Positions 28,618 through 39,412 of a stretch of DNA of 64,000 nt are shown here, piece after piece. Every line of letters starts with the position of its first letter. The first letter of the stretch is position 1. The notes under the pieces are model-generated. The model ran no database searches, had not been told where the DNA came from, and saw nothing but the letters and a program-made list of their open reading frames with translations. The DNA comes from an uncultured Nitrospiraceae bacterium (GTDB taxonomy: Bacteria; Nitrospirota; Thermodesulfovibrionia; Thermodesulfovibrionales; SM23-35), in NCBI GenBank assembly GCA_963727775.1, contig CAVSHB010000001.1:1440001-1504000 (forward strand). The letters are read 5' to 3'. A program made the translations under genes and the position numbers.

Positions 28618-28943
28618 CTATCGAATTTGTAAACTATAAGGGCAAAAAGGTTATTGTATTATCGGGTGATATCGATATGTATTCATCTCCGGATCTGAGG
28701 AAAGAGTTGATGACCTTGATTATGAAAAAGGCGAACTCTCTCTTTATTGATTTCAAATGCGTTTCTTATATAGACAGTTCCGGCATTGCGACATTTGTTG
28801 AAGGGTTAAAATACATGAAATCCTACGGCGGAAAATTACGGCTTTTCTGTGTGCCTGACGGAATTATGGAGATATTCAGGTTCTCGAAGCTTGACAGGGT
28901 ATTTGAGATATACGGAAGCATTGATGATGCCATCGAAAGTTGA
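28614..28943 (+). CDS. STAS anti-anti-sigma-type protein (RsbV-like; occupies the MlaB-like position)
   Basis: LSGDIDMYSSP.LR, VSYIDSSGIATFV. Confidence 0.9.
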   Translation: MTIEFVNYKGKKVIVLSGDIDMYSSPDLRKELMTLIMKKANSLFIDFKCVSYIDSSGIATFVEGLKYMKSYGGKLRLFCVPDGIMEIFRFSKLDRVFEIYGSIDDAIES

Positions 28944-29733
28944 AGGTTTCTTCGGTACCATAGGCAGAAAGACTTTACCTGTTTTAAAAGACATCCACGA
29001 CGCATCAAAGATCATAAACGATATCTTCTTCTGGTCGTTCGTTTCTCCGTTGAGAGGAAAACCCATCCGGCTCAGGGCGTCTATTCACGAGATGGTCAAA
29101 GCCGGGTATGACTCTGTGCCCATAGTGGCTGTCATCTCATTCTTTATCGGAATAATACTTGCTCTTCAATCCGCTTACCAGTTGAAGAGGGTTGGGGCCC
29201 TGATATACGTTGCAAACCTGGTGGGTGTATCGATAACCAGAGAACTCGGGCCCATCATCACTGCCATTATCGTCTCAGGAAGGAGCGGCTCCGCCTTTGC
29301 AGCAGAGATAGGCTCTATGAAGTCTGCCGAGGAGGTCGACGCCCTCATAAGCATGGGCATTAATCCTGTCCGGTTCATTGTGGTCCCTAAACTCATCGCC
29401 CTAATCGTAATGGTGCCTGCCCTTACGGTCTTTTCGGATTGCATAGGAATATTCGGAGGGTTTGTCCTGTCAGTGGCGGTTCTTGAAATACATCCGGTCA
29501 ATTATTTACACCAGACTTTGAATGCGCTGCTTGTCAAAGATATACTCACGGGCCTTATGAAAGCATTGGCTTTCGGCTTTGTGATAACCACTGTAGGCGC
29601 GTATCAGGGTTTTAAAGTATCGGGCGGTGCTGAAGATGTCGGCAGAAGGACGACGGCGGCGGTCGTCGCCTCCATCTTTTTGGTGATAGTCTTTGATCTG
29701 TTCTTTACGACGTTGTTTTATTATTTTACATAA
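28924..29733 (+). CDS. mlaE: MlaE-family ABC permease
   Basis: RELGPIITAIIVSGRSGSAFAAEIGSM, GGAEDVGRRTT. Confidence 0.92.
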   Translation: MMPSKVEGFFGTIGRKTLPVLKDIHDASKIINDIFFWSFVSPLRGKPIRLRASIHEMVKAGYDSVPIVAVISFFIGIILALQSAYQLKRVGALIYVANLVGVSITRELGPIITAIIVSGRSGSAFAAEIGSMKSAEEVDALISMGINPVRFIVVPKLIALIVMVPALTVFSDCIGIFGGFVLSVAVLEIHPVNYLHQTLNALLVKDILTGLMKALAFGFVITTVGAYQGFKVSGGAEDVGRRTTAAVVASIFLVIVFDLFFTTLFYYFT

Positions 29734-30519
29734 ATGGAAAAGGCAATTGAGGCCATAGGACTCGTGACCCATTACGGAGACAGGGAGATCATCAAAAACG
29801 TCTCCTTCTCGATACCAAAGGGCATGACGACTGTAATACTCGGAGGAAGCGGGTGCGGTAAGAGCACGCTGCTCAAGCACCTCATCGGGCTTTTGAAGCC
29901 CACGAGCGGAAAAATTCTCATCAACGGCATAGATACAACGGTCCTCGATGAGAAGGAGCTTGATGAGGTGAGGAAAAGGATGGGCGTATCGTTCCAGGGG
30001 GCGGCCCTGCTTAACTCTATGACCATTTCGGACAATGTAGCCCTTCCGATAAGAGAGCATACCAAATTGGAGGAATCCACCATTCAGATTATGGTACGCA
30101 TGAAGCTTGACCTCGTCGGCCTTTCAGGGTTTGAATCGTTTTATCCCTCCCAACTCTCAGGCGGTATGAAAAAAAGGGCCGGACTGGCAAGAGCGCTGGC
30201 CCTGGACCCGGAACTGCTTTTTTTTGATGAGCCGTCTGCCGGTCTTGACCCTGTTACTGCCGCCGGTCTTGATGAGCTGATACTGAAGCTAAGGAATGTC
30301 TTCAAGATGACGATCATTGTGGTGACGCATGAACTTCCGAGTGTATTCACGATCGCGGATTATGTTATTATGCTCGATACCGGGAATGTGATTTTTTCGG
30401 GCACGCTCGATGAATTGAAAGTGTCCGATAATCCGAGAATAAGAATGTTTCTCGAAAGAAGGCCTGAGAAAGATGCATATTCGCCGGAGGATTATTTTAA
30501 GATCATCGCAGGCGAGTAG
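29734..30519 (+). CDS. mlaF: MlaF-family ABC ATPase
   Basis: GGSGCGKS, LSGGMKKRAGLARA, FDEPSAGLDP. Confidence 0.92.
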   Translation: MEKAIEAIGLVTHYGDREIIKNVSFSIPKGMTTVILGGSGCGKSTLLKHLIGLLKPTSGKILINGIDTTVLDEKELDEVRKRMGVSFQGAALLNSMTISDNVALPIREHTKLEESTIQIMVRMKLDLVGLSGFESFYPSQLSGGMKKRAGLARALALDPELLFFDEPSAGLDPVTAAGLDELILKLRNVFKMTIIVVTHELPSVFTIADYVIMLDTGNVIFSGTLDELKVSDNPRIRMFLERRPEKDAYSPEDYFKIIAGE

Positions 30520-30631
30520 AAGGCAACAAAATTGTTTGTTCGGGGCGTTCTGAGCGCCGGATCATCCGACTCACATATCGACCGACCGGTGCGATGGATT
30601 GGTTTTTTTATAAACAGGTTCTACTTGTGAG

Positions 30632-31534
30632 ATGGCTTTGAAAGAAGAGATTAAGGCTGGAATAATAGTCGTTGTATCGCTCGCTATCCTCAGCGGCTCG
30701 GTAGTCCTGATCGGCGGGAGCAGCCTTTTCGAAAAAATTGATAAATACTATGTGAGGTTTATGAATGCTGCGGGCCTTGAAACAGGCGCTCAGGTCAGAC
30801 TCGGAGGAGTGCGGGTGGGAAGGGTCACGAACATTCACGCGCCTGATAAGCCCGGCAATCCGGTTACCGTTGAAGTGGGAGTGAAGCGCGGAACGATTCT
30901 GTATAAAGGGACAAAGGCGCAGGTAGGTCAGATAGGGTTTGTGGGAGATATATTCCTGCTGCTTGCGGTCGAAAACACGACTAATGATAGAATAAGGCCT
31001 GGGGATACCATTCCATCCGATGAGAAAGTCGATTTCGATGCGCTTATGTCAAAGGTTAATGGCCTGTCTCAGTCTGTGGACACCTTAATCAGAGATGTTG
31101 ACAAGCTTTTCAGTCAAAAGAATTTAAAAGGAATAGAGAGTCTCATCGGAAATACCAACACTGCCATAATATCCGGTTCCTCGAATCTCGACAAAGTCGC
31201 AGTAAGCCTTAAGGGAACTACGGACAGGCTTGAACGCGTTCTCAATGAAGTGGAGGATGTCGTTCGCGGCAATAAAGGAGAAGTCACTCTGATGATAAGA
31301 AAGGCGAGAGAAGATATTGAAAAGGCGGAAGGAATGATCAAGAGTATAGAATCGACTGCCAAATCTGTCGAAAAGACTTCAAAGTCTGCTGACAGGCTTA
31401 TCATCGGCCAGTCGAAGAATCTCGACAACCTTATCAACACCATGACGAGAACTACTGAGGAACTGCAGGAACTTCTGCAGGAGATAAAGAACAAGCCCTG
31501 GAGCATTATTTATAGAGAAAAAAGAGGAGAATGA
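30632..31534 (+). CDS. mlaD: MCE/MlaD protein with long C-terminal helical region
   Basis: N-terminal TM helix; AAGLE.GAQVRLGGVRVGRV; ends KNKPWSII. Confidence 0.88.
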   Translation: MALKEEIKAGIIVVVSLAILSGSVVLIGGSSLFEKIDKYYVRFMNAAGLETGAQVRLGGVRVGRVTNIHAPDKPGNPVTVEVGVKRGTILYKGTKAQVGQIGFVGDIFLLLAVENTTNDRIRPGDTIPSDEKVDFDALMSKVNGLSQSVDTLIRDVDKLFSQKNLKGIESLIGNTNTAIISGSSNLDKVAVSLKGTTDRLERVLNEVEDVVRGNKGEVTLMIRKAREDIEKAEGMIKSIESTAKSVEKTSKSADRLIIGQSKNLDNLINTMTRTTEELQELLQEIKNKPWSIIYREKRGE

Positions 31535-31535
31535 T

Positions 31536-32126
31536 ATGAAGAAAAGCCTGCTGATCATTCTGGCCGTCTTCTTGATAACGGCATGCACAATGCCTGACAC
31601 CAGGATCTACAGCCTTTACATGCCGGCCTCACAGTTGCCTCAGAATCCTGAAGCTGCGGCGAATGCTGACGCGTCGTTGGTCATACTCATAAACTCACCG
31701 AAGTATCTGGCTCAATCCTATATTGTGTACAGGAACTCGCCCTACCAGTTGGAGATATCACGATATTCGAAGTGGGAATCATCTCCCCGTGATATGGTGA
31801 GGTTGGCCTTTCAGGATTCGCTCTCGGCAACCGGCTGTTTCAAGACGATGCGGGCGGCCGAGGTTATACCCGACGATTCTTACGCTCTCGAAATAAATCT
31901 CAGGAAATTGGAACGGTCTGATGAAGAAACCAAGTCCTTCGGAGTACTTGAATTCGATGCAGTATTGAACTCTCCCGGTGGCGCAGAGCTCTACCGTACC
32001 ACCATAGCAAAAAAGGTACCCCTTGGCGATGCCTCTTTTTTGAGCCTTGCAAAGGGCTTAAGCGGTTTGCTGAGTGAAGGAGTCAGGGAAGTGAACGGCG
32101 GTCTGATGAAGGCCTGTAAACGATAA
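31536..32126 (+). CDS. PqiC-like ABC auxiliary lipoprotein
   Basis: Lipobox ITAC; IVYR...YSKWESSP; follows the MCE gene. Confidence 0.8.
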   Translation: MKKSLLIILAVFLITACTMPDTRIYSLYMPASQLPQNPEAAANADASLVILINSPKYLAQSYIVYRNSPYQLEISRYSKWESSPRDMVRLAFQDSLSATGCFKTMRAAEVIPDDSYALEINLRKLERSDEETKSFGVLEFDAVLNSPGGAELYRTTIAKKVPLGDASFLSLAKGLSGLLSEGVREVNGGLMKACKR

Positions 32127-32140
32127 GACGGACCAGAACT

Positions 32141-34780
32141 CTACCCGTGACGTGCCGGGTTTTTTTTAATGAAGTCGTTCAATGAAATAAATACGCTGTT
32201 CAGTTTTTCGATATCTTTTGTTCCGCCCTGGGCCATTTCGGGTTTCCCGCCGCCTTTTCCGCCTGCAGCAGTCGAAATCTTTCTTACAATCTCCCCTGCA
32301 TTATAGATATTGGTAAGGTCCTGTGTTATCATGCAGACAATGGAAGCCTGAGTGTCAACGACTGAAGTGACAATGATAATGCCTGACCTTAGACGGTCTT
32401 TTACGTTATCGGCAAACAGGCGGAGCTCGTTAGCGTTCAGACCGTCCTGCCTTATCTTCACAATCTTCACTCCGTTAAGGTCGTATGCAGTTGTTAGTGC
32501 TTCAGATATCTTGTCTCCGGCAGAGCCTGTCTTGAGTTTCCGGATTTCCTTTTCCATTGACTTTACGTCATTGATAATTTTTTCAATCTTCTCAAAAGGG
32601 CTGTCAGTCTTCAGCATCCCCTGTATTTCTTCAAGGTCGGATTTTTTCTTTCTCAAATAATCAAAAGCCGGCTTTCCTGTTAAGGCCTCGATTCTCCTGA
32701 TGCCCGATGCAACACTGCCTTCGGAAACGATGACGAAGATTCCAATGTCCCCGGTTGACGCAGAATGAGTACCCCCGCATAACTCGGCGCTGACCCCGGG
32801 CACTTTGACCACCCTGACTCTCTCTCCATATTTTTCTCCAAATAAAGCAATAACGCCTGATTTAATCGCGTCCTGTATATCCTTAATCTCTGTCTCAACT
32901 TTAATATTGGAGAGTATCTTATCATTAACAATGTCCTCAATCGCATGAATTTCTTTCTTGTCGATCTGATGGAAATGAGAGAAGTCAAAACGCAATCGTT
33001 CGGGCGAAACATAAGAGCCTGCCTGTTTTACATGTTCTCCTATAACCGTCCGCAACGCTGTATGGAGCAGATGTGTAGCGGTATGGTTTCTCGCTGTGGC
33101 CAGTCTTTGCTCTCTGTCGACACTGCATTTTACAGTGTCCCAAACGTGCAGCTTTCCGCTCCTGATCTTTACTACGTGCGCTGTAAGCCCGGCCTCTTTC
33201 TTTGTATTGATAACATGAGCTTCCGTGGTACCGGCGGAGATTACGCCTGTATCACCGACCTGCCCGCCTGATTCGCCATAAAAGGGTGTTTTATCGAGTA
33301 ACAACTCGACCGTATCGCCTTCATTTGCCTCTTTAACTATCTTGCCGTCCCTGATCATGGCCTTAATCGTGGATTCGGACTCAATAGTCTCATAACCGAT
33401 AAAATGAGTTTCTCCCGTCTCGGATTTAAGCTCTTTGTAGATGGAAGCAATAGCTTCTTCTTCGCCGACCCAGGAAGCCCTTGCCCTCTCTTTCTGTATT
33501 TCCATTTCCCGGTGGAACCCTTCCTCGTCGATGAGCAAATGGTTGTCTATTGCTATGTCTCTTGCAAGGTCCAGGGGAAACCCGAAGGTATCATAAAGCT
33601 TGAAAAGCTCTTTCCCAGGAATAATATCCTTACCGGTGTTCTTTACGGAATTGATGAGGTTATCGAGTATTCTCATCCCCTGTTCAAGGGTCTGCGAGAA
33701 CCTCTCTTCTTCGAACAGGAGCAGCTTTGATGTGCGTTCTTTGTCATGAAGCAGTTCAGGATAAATATTCCCCATCGCGTCTGCAACCGAGTCTACCAGG
33801 CGGAACAGAAAGGCATTTTCAACGCCAAGTAATTTTGCATGACGAGAGGCCCTCCTCATTATGCGCCTCAATACATAACCCCTGCCTTCATTGGAAGGCA
33901 TTAACCCTTCGGAGAGGAGAAAGGTTATTGCGCGTATGTGGTCCGCTATAACTTTAATCGAAATATCTTTGTCGGGGTCTTTGCCGTAAGATACCCGGGA
34001 TAAAGATTCAATGGATGAAATAATGGTAGCAAAGATATCGGTGTCGAAGTTCGTTTTTTTATGCTGTAAAACTGCCGTTATCCTTTCAAGTCCCAATCCC
34101 GTATCGATGCTCGGTTTCGGCAACGGGGTGAGGCTTCCGGACTCATCACGGTTATATTGCATGAAAACGAGGTTCCAGAGTTCAAGGTATCTGTCACAGT
34201 CACATCCTACCTTACAGTCGGGTTTGCCGCATCCGAATTCTTCACCCTGATCGATAATGATCTCCGAGCACGGGCCGCATGGGCCTGTATCGCCCATCTG
34301 CCAGAAATTGTCTTTTGCGCCAAGCCTTACGATTCTATTTTCAGGAAGTCCTGCAAGATTCGACCAGAGCTCTGCAGCCTCATCATCTTCCTCATATACA
34401 GAGACATAAATTTGCTCTTTTGGCAGCTTAAAACATTCGGTAAGGAGCTCCCAGGCAAAAAGCATCGCGTCCTCCTTAAAGTAATCACCGAATGAGAAAT
34501 TGCCGAGCATCTCAAAAAAAGTGTGGTGTCTTGCGGTATGCCCGACGTTTTCGATGTCGCTGTGCTTGCCTCCCGCCCTCATGCATTTCTGGCAAGAGGT
34601 GGCGCGATTGTATGGACTTTTTTCTTCACCTAGAAAGACCGATTTGAACTGGACCATGCCCGCGTTTACAAACAGGAGGGTAGGGTCGTGCCTCGGGATC
34701 AAGGAAGAACTCGGAATTATTTTATGACCTTTCGATTTAAAATACTCAAGAAATGTGGTACGTATCTCTGAACTTTTCAT
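32141..34780 (-). CDS. alaS: Alanine-tRNA ligase
   Basis: NAGMVQFK, HHTFFEMLGNFSFGDYFK, NHTATHLLH, ELCGGTH, GGKGGGKP. Confidence 0.98.
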   Translation of the reverse strand: MKSSEIRTTFLEYFKSKGHKIIPSSSLIPRHDPTLLFVNAGMVQFKSVFLGEEKSPYNRATSCQKCMRAGGKHSDIENVGHTARHHTFFEMLGNFSFGDYFKEDAMLFAWELLTECFKLPKEQIYVSVYEEDDEAAELWSNLAGLPENRIVRLGAKDNFWQMGDTGPCGPCSEIIIDQGEEFGCGKPDCKVGCDCDRYLELWNLVFMQYNRDESGSLTPLPKPSIDTGLGLERITAVLQHKKTNFDTDIFATIISSIESLSRVSYGKDPDKDISIKVIADHIRAITFLLSEGLMPSNEGRGYVLRRIMRRASRHAKLLGVENAFLFRLVDSVADAMGNIYPELLHDKERTSKLLLFEEERFSQTLEQGMRILDNLINSVKNTGKDIIPGKELFKLYDTFGFPLDLARDIAIDNHLLIDEEGFHREMEIQKERARASWVGEEEAIASIYKELKSETGETHFIGYETIESESTIKAMIRDGKIVKEANEGDTVELLLDKTPFYGESGGQVGDTGVISAGTTEAHVINTKKEAGLTAHVVKIRSGKLHVWDTVKCSVDREQRLATARNHTATHLLHTALRTVIGEHVKQAGSYVSPERLRFDFSHFHQIDKKEIHAIEDIVNDKILSNIKVETEIKDIQDAIKSGVIALFGEKYGERVRVVKVPGVSAELCGGTHSASTGDIGIFVIVSEGSVASGIRRIEALTGKPAFDYLRKKKSDLEEIQGMLKTDSPFEKIEKIINDVKSMEKEIRKLKTGSAGDKISEALTTAYDLNGVKIVKIRQDGLNANELRLFADNVKDRLRSGIIIVTSVVDTQASIVCMITQDLTNIYNAGEIVRKISTAAGGKGGGKPEMAQGGTKDIEKLNSVFISLNDFIKKNPARHG

Positions 34781-34805
34781 TTATATCCGGTATCTTTGCC
34801 TGAAT

Positions 34806-35126
34806 TTATTTTATATATATCAATTTACCGTCAAAGAATAAAAGAAGTTTATTCCCTACTACGCCCAGTGTGGCCTGTGTTGAATAAGTCCATTCTTCTC
34901 TCGGCTTCCCTTCAAAAGGCTCCAGGAATTTTATGGAATCGGGAGACCCCCAGGCATATCTTACCTGCTCCTGAGACATGCCTAAGTCAATTTGCGCCTT
35001 TCTGATGTGCTCCTGGACATTCGGTGGGAAACTCTTTATCTCTTCTTCCGTATAACGTACCGATTTTGTACAGCCTGTCTGTAAAAGGAATAGTAAAGCC
35101 ATGACAAAGAGCAAAACTTTTTTCAT
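34806..35126 (-). CDS. Small lipoprotein (BamE/SmpA-like fold likely)
   Basis: Lipobox QTGC; GMSQEQV..AWGSP, EEWTY. Confidence 0.7.
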   Translation of the reverse strand: MKKVLLFVMALLFLLQTGCTKSVRYTEEEIKSFPPNVQEHIRKAQIDLGMSQEQVRYAWGSPDSIKFLEPFEGKPREEWTYSTQATLGVVGNKLLLFFDGKLIYIK

Positions 35127-35127
35127 A

Positions 35128-35598
35128 TTAATCCTCCTTTGTAAAATTTATCTTTCTGAATACTGTCATTATTGTATCGGAAGAGTACCCCCTTCTTGAG
35201 AGCAAGCCATATAGCCGTTTCTTTGCTGTCTCCGGTGGATAATTTTTTAATACCCTGAATTTTTTTTCCGCAAACCTTGCGGCATTGTCGATGTCCGTAT
35301 CGTCAGTTTCGCTGAATACCATATCGGCAATATCAACCGGAATACCTCTGTTCATCATAAATCTTCTCGCCCCGTTTCGGCTGAGCATTTTTGTGGTTAA
35401 AGCCTCTCTTTTCAGTGTTTCGGCCAATGACTTATCGTCAATGAGACCTGCATGTTTCAGATACTCTATTGCAGAAAACGCTTCGGCCCTGGAAATACCT
35501 TTTTTTATGAGGCGCTCTTCCAGTTCCCTTTCGCTTCTTCCCCGGTAGCTTAAAAGCTTCAAGGCATATTGCCTTGCTTTATTTTGAGAACCGTTCAA
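35128..35598 (-). CDS. recX: Regulatory protein RecX
   Basis: ALKLLSYRGRSE.EL, GLIDD, LSRRGYS. Confidence 0.92.
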   Translation of the reverse strand: MNGSQNKARQYALKLLSYRGRSERELEERLIKKGISRAEAFSAIEYLKHAGLIDDKSLAETLKREALTTKMLSRNGARRFMMNRGIPVDIADMVFSETDDTDIDNAARFAEKKFRVLKNYPPETAKKRLYGLLSRRGYSSDTIMTVFRKINFTKED

Positions 35599-36751
35599 TT
35601 TTCATCTGGTCCTTGTTATCTGGCTTTTCGGGTTTTTCGGGTCTGTAACTAAGCTGTTCTTCGAGGGAAAGCTCACTTGTGGACTGGATCCCTTTTACCC
35701 TGAGGATAAAATCATCGGGATTCGTAGCCCTCCTGAGCGCCTCTTCATATGTTATCAGCCCTGACTTGTAGAGACTGAAAATAGACTGGTCAAAGGTCTG
35801 CATTCCATAATGCAAGGCGCCTTGTTCGATGACGTCAGGGATCGTTTTAGTTTTATCAGGATCGAGGACGCAATCTTTGATCGTAGCAGTGGCAATAAGT
35901 ACCTCGACGGCAGGGACCCTTCCTTTGCCGTCGGCCCTTGGCACGAGCCTCATGGAGATGATGCTCTTAAGAACGGACGAGAGTTGCATCCGCACCTGTT
36001 TATGCTGATAAGGAGGGAATACGGCGATAATCCTGTTGATGGTCTCTGTCGCGTCTATTGTATGTAATGTGCTTAATACAAGATGGCCTGTTTCAGCGGC
36101 AACCAATGAAGTCTGAATGGTTTCAAAATCCCGCATCTCTCCCACGAGTATGATATCGGGGTCCTGCCTTAGTGCCTGTCTCAGCGCCTTACTGAAAGAT
36201 TCAGTGTCGCTCCCGATCTCCCTTTGGTTGACGATGCTTTTTTTGTCTCTGTGGAGATATTCTATGGGGTCTTCTATAGTCATGATGTGTTCTGTCCTCG
36301 TTGAATTTATTAAATCTATCATCGAGGCGAGAGTTGTCGACTTACCGCTTCCGGTAGTCCCTGTAACAAGGATTAACCCCCTGCGTTCCATGGATATCTT
36401 TTTAATGACCTCGGGAAGGTTCAATTCTTCGATTGTGGGAATCTTCATCGGGATAACTCTGAAAACAATGCCTATTGTCCCTCTTTGCATAAAGATATTG
36501 CACCTGAACCTTCCGAGACCCGGAACACCATAGGCGAGGTCAATGTCGTTTTTCTTCTTGAAGGTATCAGTCTGTCCCTTGGTCATGACAGCCAAAGCTA
36601 TATTCATTGCGTCTTCATTGGTTATTTTCTTTTCGGAGGTCAAAGCGGTAAGCTCCCCGTATATCCTTACTATCGGAGGAGATCCGACCTTAATATGGAG
36701 GTCCGAGGCGTCCAAAGAGTGTGCTTTTTTCAAAAGCTCATTTATATCCAT
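35579..36751 (-). CDS. PilT/PilU-family pilus retraction ATPase
   Basis: ASDLH, TGTTGSGKSTT, TIEDPIE, LRQDPD.ILVGEMRD, AETGH, GMQTFDQ; AIRNLIRE motif diverged. Confidence 0.92.
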   Translation of the reverse strand: MDINELLKKAHSLDASDLHIKVGSPPIVRIYGELTALTSEKKITNEDAMNIALAVMTKGQTDTFKKKNDIDLAYGVPGLGRFRCNIFMQRGTIGIVFRVIPMKIPTIEELNLPEVIKKISMERRGLILVTGTTGSGKSTTLASMIDLINSTRTEHIMTIEDPIEYLHRDKKSIVNQREIGSDTESFSKALRQALRQDPDIILVGEMRDFETIQTSLVAAETGHLVLSTLHTIDATETINRIIAVFPPYQHKQVRMQLSSVLKSIISMRLVPRADGKGRVPAVEVLIATATIKDCVLDPDKTKTIPDVIEQGALHYGMQTFDQSIFSLYKSGLITYEEALRRATNPDDFILRVKGIQSTSELSLEEQLSYRPEKPEKPDNKDQMKIERFSK

Positions 36752-36753
36752 GA

Positions 36754-37764
36754 CTATTTCCCGGAATTAAACCATTCGATAATCTTGCCTTCGATCTCTT
36801 TCGAGACTTCAGGGTTGTTTTTCATAAATTCCTTGGCATTCTCCCGACCCTGTCCGATCCTGTTGCCGCCATAACTGTACCAGGCGCCTGATTTTTCGAT
36901 AAACCCTTTTTCAACACCGAGGTCAACAATCTCTCCGACCCTCGATATCCCTTCATTGAAATAGATATCAAACTCCGCTTGCCTGAAGGGAGGGGCTACT
37001 TTGTTCTTTACAACCTTGACCCTTACTCTGCCGCCTATGGTCTCCTGGTTTTCTTTAAGGCTTTCTATCCTCCTGATATCAAGACGCATAGAGGAATAAA
37101 ACTTAAGAGCATTGCCGCCGGTTGTTGTCTCAGGGCTTCCGAACATGACGCCTATCTTCATGCGTATCTGATTTATAAAAACAACTGTTGTAGAAGATTT
37201 TGATATTGCCGCGGTCAGTTTTCGTAATGCCTGGCTCATAAGACGCGCCTGCAGTCCGGGCAAAGAGTCACCCATGTCTCCCTCAATTTCAGCCTTCGGT
37301 ACCAATGCAGCCACAGAGTCTATGACAACGATATCAACAGCGCCGCTTCGCACAAGGACCTCTGTGACTTCAAGCGCCTGCTCACCCGTATCAGGTTGAG
37401 ACACAAGGAGATCATCTATTTTAACGCCGAGTCTTTGCGCATAACCGATATCGAGCGCATGCTCTGCATCAATGAAAGCCGCGGAACCCCCGGCTAATTG
37501 GGCCTGAGCGATGGCGCCTAATGCAAGTGTAGTTTTTCCCGATGATTCCGGACCGTATATCTCAACAACCCTTCCTTTGGGAAAACCACCGATGCCTGTT
37601 GCAATATCAAGGGTAAGGGAACCGGTTGATATTGCCTGAATACCCTCTGCGGCTGCTCCTTCGCCAAGACGCATGATTGCGCCTTTCCCAAAACTCTTTT
37701 CGATCTGCGAAATGGCCATCTCAAGGGCTTTGACCCTGTCTTTATTCATTTCTTTATTCATCAT
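36754..37764 (-). CDS. recA: Recombinase A
   Basis: [34 protein letters not shown]. Confidence 0.99.
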   Translation of the reverse strand: MMNKEMNKDRVKALEMAISQIEKSFGKGAIMRLGEGAAAEGIQAISTGSLTLDIATGIGGFPKGRVVEIYGPESSGKTTLALGAIAQAQLAGGSAAFIDAEHALDIGYAQRLGVKIDDLLVSQPDTGEQALEVTEVLVRSGAVDIVVIDSVAALVPKAEIEGDMGDSLPGLQARLMSQALRKLTAAISKSSTTVVFINQIRMKIGVMFGSPETTTGGNALKFYSSMRLDIRRIESLKENQETIGGRVRVKVVKNKVAPPFRQAEFDIYFNEGISRVGEIVDLGVEKGFIEKSGAWYSYGGNRIGQGRENAKEFMKNNPEVSKEIEGKIIEWFNSGK

Positions 37765-37814
37765 CCCTCCATATTTTCCGATAAACTTAGCGTTATCAGT
37801 TTGATAGTTATCAT

Positions 37815-38381
37815 CTATCTTTGCATAAAAGGTATCTCATACAAACAACTATATTCGGGACCTCCGGGCTTTAATTCACTTTTCATCAGTTCAATGCATT
37901 CGACAGAGAAGGACCCGAATTCCTTGCCTTTAAAATTATCGAGTTCGGTAACTGCATGCACAACACCTTTTTGGGAGCGGACCCGTCCGAGCGTGAGATG
38001 AGGGTTGAATTCTTTGTCTTCCCTCTGATATCCGAATATTGACATGGACCCTTCGATATCTTTCTTTAATTTTTTCAGAATGTCCGGATCTTCTATGCCG
38101 ACCCAGATTACCCTCGGGTATCTTTTATTTGGGAAAACCCCTGTCCCATATATTCTAATATAAAACGGTACGTAAGATGATACTATATCCGAGAGCGATT
38201 CTTTTATTTTGGGTAATATGGCTTCGTCTGTGCCGCCTAAGAATTTGAGCGTAAGATGCATGTTTTCGGGTCTGACCCATTTTATATCCGCATCATGTTT
38301 TTTCAAAATATCCATTACTTCTCCGATATCTGTCTTTATCGGTTCCGGTACCCCTATAGCTATAAAACATCTGAGGTTCAT
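37815..38381 (-). CDS. thpR: RNA 2',3'-cyclic phosphodiesterase (2H family)
   Basis: Two HxT motifs: HLTLKFLG and PHLTLGR. Confidence 0.92.
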   Translation of the reverse strand: MNLRCFIAIGVPEPIKTDIGEVMDILKKHDADIKWVRPENMHLTLKFLGGTDEAILPKIKESLSDIVSSYVPFYIRIYGTGVFPNKRYPRVIWVGIEDPDILKKLKKDIEGSMSIFGYQREDKEFNPHLTLGRVRSQKGVVHAVTELDNFKGKEFGSFSVECIELMKSELKPGGPEYSCLYEIPFMQR

Positions 38382-38394
38382 TTCTTAGAATGTG

Positions 38395-38874
38395 TCAGGC
38401 AACATGAAGGTTTATGGTTCTCCATATCTGCAAAAGTGCATTTACATATACTGCTGCTGCAATATCGTCCGCCATGATCCCTAAGCCTCCGTTTAAAGCG
38501 GATTCTATATTCCTGATCGGAAACGGTTTTAGTATATCGAAAACTCGAAATAAAAAAAAGGCTGTTACCGCATAGCTGATGCTGAAAGGGACAAAGAGAA
38601 CGGAAAGGAAATATCCGCAGAATTCATCTATGACTATGTGCCTGCTGTCCTTAACGTTTAATATCCTTTCAGCATGGTGAGAACTTATCGTACCGATAAT
38701 TACTGTACAAATCAATATGGAAATATGAATAAATAGAGAAGGCTTCAGAAGAATATATACGATGAACGCAACCAAAGTGCCGAAGGTCCCCGGAGCGAAC
38801 GGCATATAGCCGATCATGCTCAGCGTGGCAATGTTTTTCAATATTGATCGGCTGAAATGAGAACCGGGTTTCAC
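38395..38874 (-). CDS. pgpA: Phosphatidylglycerophosphatase A
   Basis: APGTFGT, IVIDE, FRVFDILKPFPI, GIMADD. Confidence 0.93.
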   Translation of the reverse strand: MKPGSHFSRSILKNIATLSMIGYMPFAPGTFGTLVAFIVYILLKPSLFIHISILICTVIIGTISSHHAERILNVKDSRHIVIDEFCGYFLSVLFVPFSISYAVTAFFLFRVFDILKPFPIRNIESALNGGLGIMADDIAAAVYVNALLQIWRTINLHVA

Positions 38875-38901
38875 TTCTTATCCCGACTTCACAATTATGT
38901 T

Positions 38902-39321
38902 CTATTCCGGGATTATCCGGTAGCTGAAGTTTATTTTTGCGGAACCTTCGAGTGTCGCTTTAACAGAGCAATACTTATTCATGGACAGATCGACCGCTCT
39001 TTTTACCGCAATCACGGAAATATTCCTGCCTTTTACCACAAACTCTAACGTTATTTCGATAAATTTTTTAGGATAATCTTCGGCCTTTTTGCCCTTTATG
39101 TTGATCTCAAGCCCTGTAACGTCCTGTTTCTTCTTTTTAAGGATCGAAATAACGTCCATTCCCGAACATCCTCCTGCGCCGAGAAGGAGTAGTTCCATCG
39201 GCCTTGGTCCTGAATTATGTCCGCCGGAAGCACTGTCGCCGTCCATAACTATTGCATGGCCTGTAGATGAGTCTCCCAAAAATTGCAGGCCCTTTACATA
39301 TGTCACCTTTGCAGTCAGCAT
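38902..39321 (-). CDS. OsmC/YhfA-family protein
   Basis: GPRPMELLL.G.GGCSGMDV, KYCSV. Confidence 0.9.
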   Translation of the reverse strand: MLTAKVTYVKGLQFLGDSSTGHAIVMDGDSASGGHNSGPRPMELLLLGAGGCSGMDVISILKKKKQDVTGLEINIKGKKAEDYPKKFIEITLEFVVKGRNISVIAVKRAVDLSMNKYCSVKATLEGSAKINFSYRIIPE

Positions 39322-39412
39322 GTATACCTCCTTTTTGTATCTTGAGTTAATTTATTTGAGATGAATGCATTTGTCAAGAAAACCTCTGCAGTATGACGAC
39401 ATTTAAATTAAA

